This document shows positions 25,718 through 37,621 of a stretch of 57,734 bases of DNA, piece after piece (positions within the stretch are counted from its first letter, which is position 1; each line of letters starts with the position of its first letter). A program made the translations under genes and the position numbers. Source of the stretch: Octopus bimaculoides (taxonomy: Eukaryota); the NCBI RefSeq assembly GCF_001194135.2, contig NC_069001.1:37851450-37909183 (forward strand), in the 5' to 3' direction. The notes beneath the pieces are model-generated. The model did not search any database. It worked only from the letters and a program-made list of their open reading frames with translations, and had not been told where the DNA came from.

Positions 25718-25849
25718 GGATGGCTCTGGGCCAAGCAAAGCCTTGTGAGAGGATGGCCCTGGGCCAAGCAAAGCCTTGTGAGAGGATGGCCCTGGGCCAA
25801 GCAAAGCCTTGTGAAAAGATGGCTCTGGGCCAAGCAAAGCCTTGTGAAA
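25718..25849 (+). repeat. 33-bp x4 minisatellite inside a SINE-like repeat
   Basis: Unit ggatggc(t/c)ctgggccaagcaaagccttgtga(g/a)a repeated four times, followed by gaaactaaaataagctc(AT)n. Confidence 0.9.
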
Positions 25850-25960
25850 GGGTCTCAGAAGCAGAAACTAAAATAAGCTCATATATATATATATNNNNNN
25901 NNNNNNNNNNNNNNNNNNNNNNNNNNNNNNNNNNNNNNNNNNNNNNNNNNNNNNNNNNNN

Positions 25961-26245
25961 GGTTGTTGCCAGTGCCACTGGACTGGCTCCTGTGCAGGTG
26001 GCAGATAAAAAGCACCATTTGAGCATGGCGGCTGCTAGTACCGCCTGACTAGCTCTCATACCAGTGGCATGTAAAAGCACCCACTACACTCTCAGAGTGG
26101 TTGGCGTTAGGAAGGGCATCCAGCTGTAGAAACTCTGCCAGATCAGACTGGAGTCTGGTGTAGCCATCTGGTTTCACCAGTCCTCAGTCAAACCGTCCAA
26201 CCCATGCTTGCATGGAAAGTGGACGTTAAACGATGATGATGATGA
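25961..26245 (+). mobile_element. (GAT)n-tailed non-LTR repeat
   Basis: Same family as 14715-15302. Confidence 0.8.
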
Positions 26246-27548
26246 ATGTGTGTGTGTGTGTGTGTGCTGCCTTTGTGTTTTGATATTGCTTGACAGGTAT
26301 CAACAAACATCACTGTCATGGAAGTATCATGCCTTGCAGCCATAGACCCTGTGTATTCACCTCTTCTGCAAGACACCTGCTCCTGTCCCTTTGTCATTCT
26401 TTCATATCACTCAGGGTGGGAGCTGGCAGAATCTTTAGCAAACCATGCAAAAGGCTTAGTAGCATTTTGTCCGTCTTCACATTCTGAGTTCTAATTCTGC
26501 TGGGGTCAACTTTGCCTTTTATCCTTTCATTCAATCTGGCCAGCCCCAAAGAGAAACTAAGCTAAGGGCATGAGATTCCTTGGAAGAAAGCAGCGAATGT
26601 ATACGAAATCAAGGACATAAAAAATGGAGAAATGGTACACAAATACAAATGCAAATAAAGGACATTAACAACAGGTGTCTTTCGACTAAGGATGAATTGA
26701 ATTAAGCTGGCGTGTGTGGACGTGAAGGCTTACAGCAGGGACATACATACATATATATATGTATGTATATATATCTATGTGCATGTGTCTCTGTGCTTCA
26801 AAAAATAATTCCTAGGGTTGATTAGTTTGACTAAAACCCTTCAAAGTGGTGCTCCAGCATGGCTGCAGTCAAATGACTGAAACAAGTAAAAGATAAAAGA
26901 TATATATATATAAAAGGGGTGAAATCCAAGCTGTGTTCACATGAAGCTTATTTGCAAATCCCAGCTCACAACTCTAGATGCAGATGGTTTATCTTTTGGA
27001 AGTAAACTATCCGTAACAATTGGAATTCCTGGTCAAGAATATCAATCACAGAACATTGATATACTAAAACAAAAACTGGAATTTGTGGTATTATTTTTTA
27101 ATTCTGTAGTCAAATTTCTTTCAATACAACATTGGAAACACATTTCATGAACATAGATAATAGTAATAGTAGTAGTAATATAAATATAATGAATTTACAG
27201 TTTAATAATATATATACATTATGCTTCTCATTAGAAGAAGGTCCCATACATACACACAAAAAATATTTATTATATATATATATATATATATATGACAAAT
27301 AAGAAAGTGGAGAGGATCCAAAATCGACAGATATCTGGCAGTAAACATTCCAGGATGTCTATTTATTCCAATGTATTATTTGAGTACACATTTATGAGTA
27401 GTAAAGAATATCAAATAGAAAGAGTTGGTAATTTCAAGAATGAGGACGTGGAAGCATATAATCATATAGGAACAGGTGATTAATTGAGTAAATGAGCAGA
27501 TTGTTAGTAGGTGCTAGTTCCTTACGGCTGTTTCTGCCAAGAGGTAAC

Positions 27549-27693
27549 GAAACCTCCCAGGTTATCTGCATCTGTTCAGTGTTATGCAGGGATGAACAGG
27601 TAAGGCTTGGATAATGAGGCACATTCATTATCCAAGCCTTACCTGCCCATCCCTACATAACACTGAACAGATGGAGATGACCTGGGAGGTTTC
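27549..27693. repeat. 69-bp-arm inverted repeat with 7-nt loop
   Basis: Arms 27549-27617 and 27625-27693 with 5 mismatches. Loop ggcacat. Confidence 0.9.
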
Positions 27694-28158
27694 ATTTTTC
27701 TATGCATTTACAGCAGAATTCAAGGTCAGTTCATGTCAAACAGCTTCACTTTGCATACTTTGGCTCCATCAGCATAGCAGCAGTCCGGATACTTTTTGAT
27801 CAGGCCTCATACATGGTGGGATGGTGGGTGGTAGGGGGAGATGGGTTGTGGGGGAAATTATGACAGAGAGCAGATTATCTACGTGTAAGGTGGTGGGGGG
27901 ACACTTTACATATAAACTTCCACCTCTGTAACATGGACCATACCTTCAAACCCACCACTGAAGCTCTATGTAAACATAATGTGAACTACTGCCTAAAATT
28001 ATCCTTCCTGAAAAAACTCCTCCTGACAATGACTATATTCCCCTATCCACCATTGGACGAAATAACATGGATTTTATAATACATCATGGGAAGTCTGTAT
28101 TCCCCTTGCTACATCATGCACTGCATTTATCACAAACTTCATTCTGATAATGAGCTCA

Positions 28159-29253
28159 TTATTCTGGTGTATGAATACTTATGTGTTTAGTTAAGTGGCT
28201 TTTCTGGGGGAATGATTTACCACATATGTCACAGAGATATGGCTTCTCTCCTGTGTGAGAACGTTTATGAATAGTTAAGTCGCTATTTTGAGGAAATGAT
28301 TTACTGCAGATATCACACTGGAATGGTTTCTCTCCTGTATGAATACGTTTGTGAGCAGTTAAGTGACTGTTCTGAGCAAAGAATTTTCCACAGATATCAC
28401 AGTGATGAGGTTTATCTCCAGTATGTATGCGTTTGTGTGTAGTTAAGTGATGCTTTACAGAAAATGCCTTACCACACACATCGCATTCATATGGTTTCTC
28501 TCCTGTGTGAATACGTTTATGATTAGTCAAGTGACTTGGTGCAGGGAATGATTTACCACAGGTATCACAATAATATGATTCCTCTCCAGTATGAATACGC
28601 TTATGAGTAGTGAAATACCCACTTCCAGAGAATGATTTACCACATATATCACAATGATATGGCCTCTCACCTGTGTGAATGTGTTTATGTCTAGATAGGT
28701 TACTACTGAGAGCAAATGATTTACCACAGATACTACAGTGATATGGCTTCTCTCCTGTATGAATACGTATGTGTTTAGTTAACTCTCCACTTCCAGACAA
28801 TGATTTACCACAGATATCACATTGGTACAGTTTCTCTCCTGTGTGAATGTGTCTGTGTCTAGTTAGGTTGCCTTTTTGAGAGAATGATTTACTACAGATA
28901 TCACAGTGATATGGTTTCTCTCCTGTATGAAGACGCTTATGTGTAGCTAAGTGGTTATTTAGAGAGAATGATTTACCACAGATATCACAGTGATACGGTT
29001 TCTCTCCTGTATGAAAGCGTTTATGTCTAGTTAGGTTGCCTTTTTGAGAGAATGACTTACCACAGATATCACAGTGATATAGTTTCTCTCCTGTATGAAT
29101 CAGTTTGTGAGCAGTTAATTTACCCTTTGCAGAGAATGATTTATTACAGATATCACAGTGGTATAATGTTTTTCCTTTTTCTTTCTCAGGGAAATCAATA
29201 ATTTCAGACTCTGCTTCACATTTAATCTTTTTCTCACACAATTCGTCTTCCAT
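28159..29253 (-). CDS. ZNF-F, C2H2 zinc-finger protein, 12 fingers, 364 aa
   Basis: Intact ORF from [13 protein letters not shown]. The ORF-track start at 29376 is a TTG. Confidence 0.92.
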   Translation of the reverse strand: MEDELCEKKIKCEAESEIIDFPEKEKGKTLYHCDICNKSFSAKGKLTAHKLIHTGEKLYHCDICGKSFSQKGNLTRHKRFHTGEKPYHCDICGKSFSLNNHLATHKRLHTGEKPYHCDICSKSFSQKGNLTRHRHIHTGEKLYQCDICGKSLSGSGELTKHIRIHTGEKPYHCSICGKSFALSSNLSRHKHIHTGERPYHCDICGKSFSGSGYFTTHKRIHTGEESYYCDTCGKSFPAPSHLTNHKRIHTGEKPYECDVCGKAFSVKHHLTTHKRIHTGDKPHHCDICGKFFAQNSHLTAHKRIHTGEKPFQCDICSKSFPQNSDLTIHKRSHTGEKPYLCDICGKSFPQKSHLTKHISIHTPE

Positions 29254-30062
29254 TCTTGTTTCTCTCTCACCACAATAAATATAAAAGTTCTTCCCTTTAT
29301 TTATATATTTTATTCCTATTTCTACGGCTATATTTCTATCAACTGTGATTTTTGTCAATATTTGAAGATGCTGCAAATTCCTTTGTAAATTAGCTTTAAT
29401 TTCGATATCAAATCATTATAATACAAATTCCAGTCTGTGAATTGGAGAGCATTTTGTATAGAAATTCTGTTCAGAGCCAATATTTCACAGTAATTCTACC
29501 AGTTTTAGATGACGAGGATTATATCTGTTCGGTATGACATCTTCCATTGTCTTTAAAAGATGATAAATATTGATGGATTTCAGGTAAATAATGTTCTTTA
29601 TGCCATCTAATATTCTGAAATAAAAGGAGAACAGAATATAAAATACAGAGGACACTTAAACTGAAGACATTCAACAGTGGACATTTTACCAAATTTCATC
29701 TATAATAACTATAGGTATAAACCCTTACCTAGACAATAGAACCCAGCCAATGTAGCATCCATTTTGTCAGGAAACAAAACACAAACTAGGATTTAACAGC
29801 CAGTGGTAGCGCTGACTTCTTTTTACCACTTTCCACACCTTTCCACTAAGCTGTAGTCCCAAACAACAGTGAAACATCCTTAGACATCAGACGATCTACC
29901 ATAACTGGTGTCTATGAACACACACATACTTTTATGTATCCATACAGTGTGCATCAGTTTTTTTTTTGAAGTCATTTGTATGAATTTAGAAGAAGACATA
30001 TAGCTCATCAAAGAAAAGCTGTTTCTGAAAACAAATAACCTTGAGAACCCCTTTTTTCAGAC

Positions 30063-30400
30063 CTATTCAATGAATCCACAGTTAGCATCAATGGCTGTTA
30101 CAATATGGGGTCGGGAGCACTGATATGCCTGAATCAGATGATCTTTTTCAAGTTTGGACATGGTGATTATGACGGAGAGTGTTGTTTGACCTCTCCTTTG
30201 ACAAAGACCCATACGTAATAGTCCAATGGATTGAGGTCTGGTGATCCAGGAGGCCATGTGTCTGGGAGAACATGGCCATAGAGATTTGTGCACATTCACA
30301 ATTGGGCTGTGCTAGCCTTATAAGACAGCACAGAGTCTTGCTGGAAGATATAGACACTATCTATCCAGGGCTTCACAACTTTCTCCAATACCTGTAATAA
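30063..30400 (-). mobile_element. maT-type (DD37D) Tc1/mariner transposase relic, C-terminal part
   Basis: Minus-strand translation VLEKVVKPWIDSVYIFQQDSVLSYKASTAQL*MCTNLYGHVLPDTWPPGSPDLNPLDYYVW, with 37 residues between the two Asp. Ends with AIDANCGFIE*. Confidence 0.85.
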
Positions 30401-30574
30401 ACAGCAGAATTAACTTTTAAATCCCGCGCAAAAGAGAGAGAGAGCGAAGACATAACTTCTCCCTCGTTACTGATGACTCTCGGAAACATCACAGTTGCTG
30501 AGAACTTAGTATGACCATTTGAACCTCATTTGGGCCTCTGCTTAACCATCTGTCGTTCCTCTGGTTTAGCCTTT

Positions 30575-31085
30575 AGTCCTGATACAAACTTTCTCTTTGT
30601 ATTAATATTAAGATATGGGGGTGGATAACGATAATTGAAATGGTGAGTGGAAAGGAAAACAGTGAAAGCATTAAAACAACAGTAAGTAATGTCTGCTAAA
30701 GCTAGTTTGGTTAAGTTTTTCAACTCACTTCTATTACATACGACAGCTGACCCGTGTGGGGATTAAGACATCGTTACTTTAGGAAATTTCTTCACTTTCT
30801 TTCCTCTGCCTTTGAACACATCAAAACAAACGAATGTAGTAGAAAACTGACAGAACTTATACAATGTAGATGTTGTTGTTTCTGTTAATAATACTTACAT
30901 ATTAATACAGAGCCAATGACGAAGATGTCACGATCGATTCAAGTAGTCACAACTCGTACTGGACAAGGACAGCTTCAACACAACTTCTATTTTACAACAA
31001 ACCTTCATTTAGATTTTCACATCAACGTAATAAAGATTGCTGTAGCTATTTCTTTCTGCCATTAATTAGCAACCTCTATATTTAA
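30575..31085 (-). promoter_or_regulatory. ZNF upstream module copy M4 (type 1), upstream of F
   Basis: ACTTAC at 30893-30898 followed by atattaatacagagccaatgacgaagatgtcac on the + strand. Confidence 0.65.
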
Positions 31086-31495
31086 TTAATTTGTTCAGTT
31101 GGCAGAATCGTTGAGCAGCGAAGAAAATTCTCCGCAATATTACTTCCGGCTCTTCATTTTCAAATCCAAACCAGATCAGTTTTGTCTTTCTTCCTTTCAG
31201 AATAGATAAAATTGAGTTCCAGTAAAGTGCTGGAGTCGGTATGATCCAATAATGACCTTCCCTAATATTTCAGGTTCTCTGTTTTTGGTAGAAATAATAT
31301 TAACACTGGAAACTGTCTGGAAGGTACCTATTATTTCTTTACACCGTTGAAATAATTAGTACCATCCTTGCATTGGTGTGTTGTAATTATTTTTATGACT
31401 TAAAAAGAAGAAAGTCAATTTGAGGTGATGTTCAATTTTAGATTTTATATATATATATGTGTGTGTGTGTGCATGCAGTTAAGTATATGTCCGAT

Positions 31496-32849
31496 CAGGG
31501 TTGGCCAAAAGTCACCCGACAGTAAATCAAAATTCCGTAAATATTCAATTTTATTTATTCATTCCAACAATGAATGTTTAATAATTGAATGCTGTGAGTT
31601 AAAATCACCGGTTTTTTTCCCCAACGTTTGTTTTTTTTTATTAGCGAAGTCTCATATAAAATAATTGTTTGTTTTGATTGCAGGTTTTTTAAACCCAGAA
31701 ACATGAACAAACTGACTCTGCAACAGAGGATCTTTGTTATTGAAAAATACTACAAATATGGTAATGCGCGAAAAGTCCGTGAAGAATGGATCAACGAGTA
31801 TGGTGATGAAATAAATCCTCCGCATAGAGATACTATTTATCATCTACGAGATCGATTTCATCAAAATGGAACTGTGGCAGATTTACCACGATCAGGTAGG
31901 CCACGTAGTGTTAGAACCCGAAAAATGGCAGATTCTGTGGTTACTGCTATCACACAAAGTCCGCAAAAAAGCGCTGTTCGACTAAGCGCTGAACTTGATA
32001 TTTCAAGATCGTCCCTTCGGAGAATTTTGCAAGAAAATGGTTATAAAGCATACCACCCTAAGTTAATTCATGGTCTGGTGGAGGACGATGCAGACAGACG
32101 ATTACAAATGTGTCAACTGTTCATTAGCCAATTCGAAAATGATCCCGAGCTATTCAATAAGATAATGTGGTCTGGCGAAGCGTCATTCAAATTAAACGGG
32201 ATGGTTAAGCGTCACAATTGTGTGATTTACGCTACTGAAAACCCACATTATGAACCACTGAATCAGCCTGGTGTCACTGTTTGGGGAGCTCTCAGTTCTG
32301 ATGGGTTATTAGGCCCTTATTTTTTTAATGAAACTGTCACCGGCGACAACTACTTTGAAATGCTGAATAAGTATGCCTTGCCGCAGCTGCGAGACAGGCC
32401 GGACTTTAACACTTTGCTGTTCATGCAAGACGGTGCGTCTCCTCACTACGCCAAAAAGGTACGTGATTTGTTGGACACTTTGCCTGCCGGTTGGATTGGA
32501 CGTAGAGGGTCAATTGAGTGGGCCCCGCGTTCATGTGACCTCACGCCAATGGACTTCAGTATTTGGGGAATGATGAAAGATCGAGTTTTTAAAAGTAAAC
32601 CAACGACTCTAGATGAGTTGCAAGCTGCCATAGTAACTGAATTTGAACTAATTAATGCAAATAAGGTACTTTGTCGTACTATCTGTAATTCTGTGTTAAC
32701 TCGGATGGAAAAATGTGTCGGTCAAGAAGGACATCAGTTTGAACAACTTTCATCGTGATGTTTCATGTTTAGATACTTTTATTGAATTCATTCAGTTGTT
32801 AAACATAAAGAAATCTTGGAATTCAATAGTTTTGATTTACTGTCAGGTG
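31496..32849 (+). mobile_element. Tc1/mariner DNA transposon, rosa (DD41D-like) clade
   Basis: Left end cagggttggccaaaagtcacccgacagtaaatcaaaa. Inverted match 31513-31532 vs 32830-32849 (19/20). The outer right TIR is replaced by (TA)n. Confidence 0.88.
31703..32758 (+). CDS. Mariner-family transposase, 351 aa, first catalytic Asp replaced by Gly
   Basis: HTH region with LPRSGRPR. WSGEASF where WSDE is expected (GGC at 32174-32176). FMQDGASPH and WAPRSCDLTPMDFSIWG, with 40 aa between the 2nd and 3rd Asp. No stops or frameshifts. Confidence 0.9.
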   Translation: MNKLTLQQRIFVIEKYYKYGNARKVREEWINEYGDEINPPHRDTIYHLRDRFHQNGTVADLPRSGRPRSVRTRKMADSVVTAITQSPQKSAVRLSAELDISRSSLRRILQENGYKAYHPKLIHGLVEDDADRRLQMCQLFISQFENDPELFNKIMWSGEASFKLNGMVKRHNCVIYATENPHYEPLNQPGVTVWGALSSDGLLGPYFFNETVTGDNYFEMLNKYALPQLRDRPDFNTLLFMQDGASPHYAKKVRDLLDTLPAGWIGRRGSIEWAPRSCDLTPMDFSIWGMMKDRVFKSKPTTLDELQAAIVTEFELINANKVLCRTICNSVLTRMEKCVGQEGHQFEQLSS

Positions 32850-32976
32850 TAAATATATATATATATATGTGTGTGTAACGATAAATGTTAGAGTGAGAGG
32901 TTACCAATTGTAACGGTAGATGCAGTACTCCGTTTTGAGTTATTACCAAAATGTAATGGGTGTTGATGTTGATACT

Positions 32977-33511
32977 AAAGAACTCGGTAATTCCCGTGAA
33001 CACGTGTTGCCTTGTCAACTGTCAGTCGACGAAATGGGAAGAGAAAGCTAATGGGTTGTACGTGCGTGCTTCCTGTGTGTGTGCTCGTTCCTCTGTGTGT
33101 ACGTGCTTGTTCTGTGTGTGCGTACAGGCTTGTTCCTTTGTCTGTGTGTGTGTGTACGTGCTTGTTCTGTGTGTGCGTACGTGCTTGTTCTCTGTGTGTG
33201 TGTGCGTGCTTGTTCCTCTGTGTGTGTTTGTGTTTCTGTTCTGTTTTTATGTGTTGTGGAATGTAGAACAAGCACGAATGCACACACACACACACACAGG
33301 AGCAAGCACGCACACACACACACACAAACAAGAATAAGCACGCACGCACATACACACACAGACAGGAACAAGCACGCACACACACAGAGGAACAAGCACG
33401 CACGCACACAGAGGAACAAGCACGCACGCACGCACAACCCATTAACTTTCACTTCCCATTTCGTCAACTGACAATTGACAACACGTGTTCACGGAAATTA
33501 CCGAGTTCTTT
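32977..33511. mobile_element. Foldback-like element: ~85-bp TIRs enclosing inverted GT-rich minisatellite halves
   Basis: aaagaactcggtaattcccgtgaacacgtgttg... pairs with ...caacacgtgttcacggaaattaccgagttcttt. The left half is (gtgcgtgcttgttcctctgtgt)n and the right half is its reverse complement. Confidence 0.8.
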
Positions 33512-33575
33512 TATTGACAAAATTCGAGTCAAATCGAAATTATGCCATTTACCGTTACTTTATGTAAAGCCACAC

Positions 33576-33754
33576 GGTACTACTAAAGCAGCGCGGACCC
33601 GAACGCGCTAGCTAGTCTTGAGTGGTCGATCCTAACCCTATCCCTAACCCGCGTGTGCAAATGAATACGTGTTTAGGGTTAGGATCGACCACTCACGACT
33701 AGCTAGCGCGGACGCGCAGTTGCGCGTCCGGGTCCGCGCTGCTTTAGTAGTACC
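33576..33754. mobile_element. 179-bp palindromic MITE (GG-ended, Merlin/MULE-like) with internal CCCTAA-like motifs
   Basis: TIR GGTACTACTAAAGCAGCGCGGACCCG. 9-bp TSD AAGCCACAC at 33567-33575 and 33755-33763. Confidence 0.9.
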
Positions 33755-35370
33755 AAGCCACACTCGACGGTGGGCATGTATAATATAATTGAGAGTTAAT
33801 TTTTCCTTGTATAAATATGTATATGTTCTTGTCAGTTGTAGGAGGAAGCAAAAAGTAATGATGTTTGTTAGAAGAGAAAAGATGAGTTAGTGAGAGAGAA
33901 GTTGTATGTATCATAAAGGACGGTTGTTTGACCGTCAGCCTCCCAAAACTGTTTGCCTCTGGTCATCTCTGTTCACCAACTAACTTTTCCTTATGAGATT
34001 CTTGTATTTATAATCAAGCAAGCCAGCCAGAAAGAGAGGTATATTGCCATGAAAAATGAGCAGCTTGATGTAGGTCACCCTTATCGAATTTCATCTTTAG
34101 ATGGCATAGAAAAGGTCAACTGTTGTTATTTTTGTGAAAAAAATGCTGTTGAAATGTTATGGGAAATTTGCTGATTCAGGTTCGAATCTACCCTATGCTC
34201 GAATGAAGTCATTACACAGATATATATAGAGGTGTCTGAGGGGGTAATAGAAATATAGGGGAAATGTAAAAATAGACTCGGATGTCGCAAAGTGGAAACG
34301 GAACAAATGTGTAAATGTTTAAAAGTCACGTATTAAATAATTTGTTTAATAACCTGTTTATGTTTTATTTTTCTCTATTTAAAGATTTAACTTTGGTAAA
34401 TTTTGGTAAGTACACCCACATGCGTTTCACTAAGAAAAAAAAACTTCAGATTTTTTGCATGGAATCGAGTATCCTGACCCTCCCTATGTGCAGCAAACAG
34501 AGAGCAAGAGAGACAGTGAGTGGTGACAGCATTCGTTTTGTTTTTAAATGTTTATCACATCGCAAGGAAGTAGATACATACACACATTGTTAAATTAAAA
34601 GTGAGAAAGAGGATCGACACAGGAAGAGAAAGAGAGAGAGACAGTAGTATCTAGATCCAAAGAAATGCTGATACATAGACACAGCAAATATTGGATGTCA
34701 CTTTCTCTTTTCATTACCTGAGTCACATTTTACCCGATAGATGGACAGGTTACAGCAACATAAAACAAATATCTGTTAGGCATACAGACACAATCGTAAA
34801 AATGTAGACAACACTGCTTTATCAACTTTAAATAGGGATCACCTACAGAAATGTCAAAGCCATGAATAAACTACCCGTGTAGGTTGTTAGCTATCAGGAC
34901 AGCGTATCCTTCGAAAATTCCTGAAATTTGTCATCACTACTCTTCACATGTCCAAGCACTCTTTCCTCCTTACCACTCTTACTGTTCATTTTTGTCTCTT
35001 TGGGCTTCGATTGTCATTGCTGTCTGTCTTTACCCGACTGTTGCTATTCTCTGGACCCTTTTTCTACCCTTTTCCAACAAGTTGTAATACACTTAAGCCC
35101 TGTATACACGGCTTAAACTCGTGTTTAAATAATGAAAACGCATAAAACCTGGTAACTATAATAAACAACAAAGTTTGAAATTAGCAAATAATCTAATTGA
35201 AACAATTACAACATGACAAATCGACAAGTTTATTTCCATGATTGTAATAATATTTATTCATGTATAAATATTCTATTTGTGTTACACATTTCATTTTGTG
35301 CACCTAAAATATTGTTAGTCATTCAATCATATTAGATCAAATTAATTATAATTAGCAGCTATGAAAATAA

Positions 35371-36474
35371 TCATTGTTCTATATAAGTACATACATGTGT
35401 AGCTAAGTTACTTTTTTGAGAGAATGATTTACCACAGATGTCACAAAGGTATGGTTTCTCACCTGAATGAATACGCTTGTGAGTAGTTAAGTCACCATTT
35501 TGAGGGAATGATTTACCACAAATATCACAATGATACGGTTTTTCTCCTGTGTGACTACGTTTGTGAGTAGTTAAGTGACTGTTCTGAGAGAATAATTTAC
35601 CACAGATATCACAGTGATATGGTTTATCTCCTGTATGAATGTGTTTGTGTATAGTTAAATGATGGTCCCTAGAGAATGATTTACCACAGACATCACACTG
35701 ATATGGCTTCTCTCCTGTATGAATACGTTTATGATTTGTTAAGTGACTTGGTGCAGAGAATGATTTATCACAGATGTCACAATTATACAATTCCTTTCCT
35801 GTATGAAGGCGTTTGTGTATAGTGAAGTTAACTTTTTCAATGAATGATTTACCACAGATATCACAGTGATATGGCTTCTCACCCGTATGAACATGTTTGT
35901 GTGCAGATAAGGTACTACAAGTAGAGAAGGATTTCCCACAAACATCACAATGGTATGGTTTCTCTCCAGTATGAATCCGTCTGTGTTTAGTTAACTGACC
36001 ACTTCCAATAAATGATTTACCACAAATGTCACAGTGATATGGTTTCTCCCCTGTATGAATACGTCTGTGTTTAGTCAAATCACTGCTTCCAGAGAATGAT
36101 TTCCCACAGATATCACAGTGATATGGCTTTTCTCCTGTATGAATACGTTTGTGAGTAGTTAAGTAACTACTTCCAGAGAATGATTTACCACAGATATCAC
36201 AATGATATGGCTTCTCTCCTGTATGAATCCGTTTGTGAGAAGTTAACTCGCCATTTTGATAGAATGATTTACCACAGATATCACAATGAAAGGGCTTTTC
36301 TCCTGTATGAATACGTTTGTGAGTAGTTAAGTTACCTTTGTGAGAGAATGACTTTTTACAGATATCACACTGATATAATGATTTTTCTTTCTCATTCTTT
36401 AAGCTATCAGGAAAATCACTTGTTTCACACTGTGTTTCACATTTAACATTCAACACACACAATTGGTTTTCCAT
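35371..36474 (-). CDS. ZNF-G, C2H2 zinc-finger protein, 12 fingers, 367 aa
   Basis: Intact ORF from [13 protein letters not shown]. The track start at 36495 is a TTG. Confidence 0.92.
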   Translation of the reverse strand: MENQLCVLNVKCETQCETSDFPDSLKNEKEKSLYQCDICKKSFSHKGNLTTHKRIHTGEKPFHCDICGKSFYQNGELTSHKRIHTGEKPYHCDICGKSFSGSSYLTTHKRIHTGEKPYHCDICGKSFSGSSDLTKHRRIHTGEKPYHCDICGKSFIGSGQLTKHRRIHTGEKPYHCDVCGKSFSTCSTLSAHKHVHTGEKPYHCDICGKSFIEKVNFTIHKRLHTGKELYNCDICDKSFSAPSHLTNHKRIHTGEKPYQCDVCGKSFSRDHHLTIHKHIHTGDKPYHCDICGKLFSQNSHLTTHKRSHTGEKPYHCDICGKSFPQNGDLTTHKRIHSGEKPYLCDICGKSFSQKSNLATHVCTYIEQ

Positions 36475-37399
36475 TATTTTTATCTTCCAACACAATATAC
36501 AGAATTTTATCTTTACTTGCTTTTATGTTTTCTTCCTAACAAATATTTTTCCTGTTATTTTCCCTTTAACTGTGATTTTAGAGGTTCTATGATACTGCAA
36601 ACTTCTTTCAACTCAAAAATTAATTAGCATTCAAAATTGTCTTTTACATGTTTGCTAATCTCAGTTCAGAGTCAATATTTCACAGTAATTCTACCACAGA
36701 GTTATATAATGAGGGTTTATGTCTGTTCTGTATGACATCTTCTGTTTGTCTTTAAAAGATGATGAATATTGATGGATCTCAGGTAAATAATATTCTTTTA
36801 TGCCAATGTCATCTGATATTCTGAAAGAAAAGAGAACAAAATAGAAAATATCGAGGATACTTAAAAAGTAGACAAAATTTCTCCTATATTGATTAACTGT
36901 AGGTATAAACCTTTACCTGGACAATGGACCTCATCCCTTTGGCTCACAGAACACACATAGGAATCCCTGAGCTAATTTCAACACTTCCTGAATTCCCTTT
37001 AGTCCAACAAAATAGTGAAAGTGCCCCATTAGACTTTGAGGTTTTGGCAGCAACTTTTCATCTAAAGTAGATGTGAAATTTGCCTAGACATGCACAAGAA
37101 GGTATAATTTAGATCCGTGTATGAATACACATATAAGTGGATGTATATGCACATANNNNNNNNNNNNNNNNNNNNNNNNNNNNNNNNNATATATATATAT
37201 ATATAATATATGCACGACACCTTGGATATACATGAACAAATTCTAAACGATAACATAAGACCAAAATTAAGCAACAGAAACTTCTCCAAAACACTTCTCT
37301 CCCACAGCCCACCCCCACAATCTAAACTTCAATGCATCACAGTCCAACGATGGCTTAGCTGGCCAAAACTTCGAAGTCACTGTCAATAATATTCTTCAT

Positions 37400-37535
37400 C
37401 ATCACCATTATCATCGTTTAACCACGCACGCATGGGTAGAACGGTTGACAGGAGCCAGTCGACTGCCCAGACTACTGTGTCTGTTTTGGCAGGGTCTTTA
37501 CGGCTGACTGACCTTCCTAACACCAACCACTCTTC
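37400..37535 (-). mobile_element. (GAT)n-tailed non-LTR repeat, inverted
   Basis: catcatcaccattatcatcgtttaacc...catgggt...ccttcctaacaccaaccactc. Confidence 0.65.
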
Positions 37536-37621
37536 ACAAAATATCCAATAACGCATCAGATTAATGTATAAAATCGTTTTTACTGTAGCTGAACATCAAA
37601 ACAAACATTAATATGTGTGTA

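Noticed and set aside
31628-31702. Extra 25 aa at the transposase N-terminus
   Set aside because: Begins at TTG in a T-rich acceptor-like tract. The ATG at 31703 fits the family length.
32960-33471. Cys/Val-rich and His/Thr-rich ORFs
   Set aside because: Translations of the GT/AC minisatellite within the foldback element.
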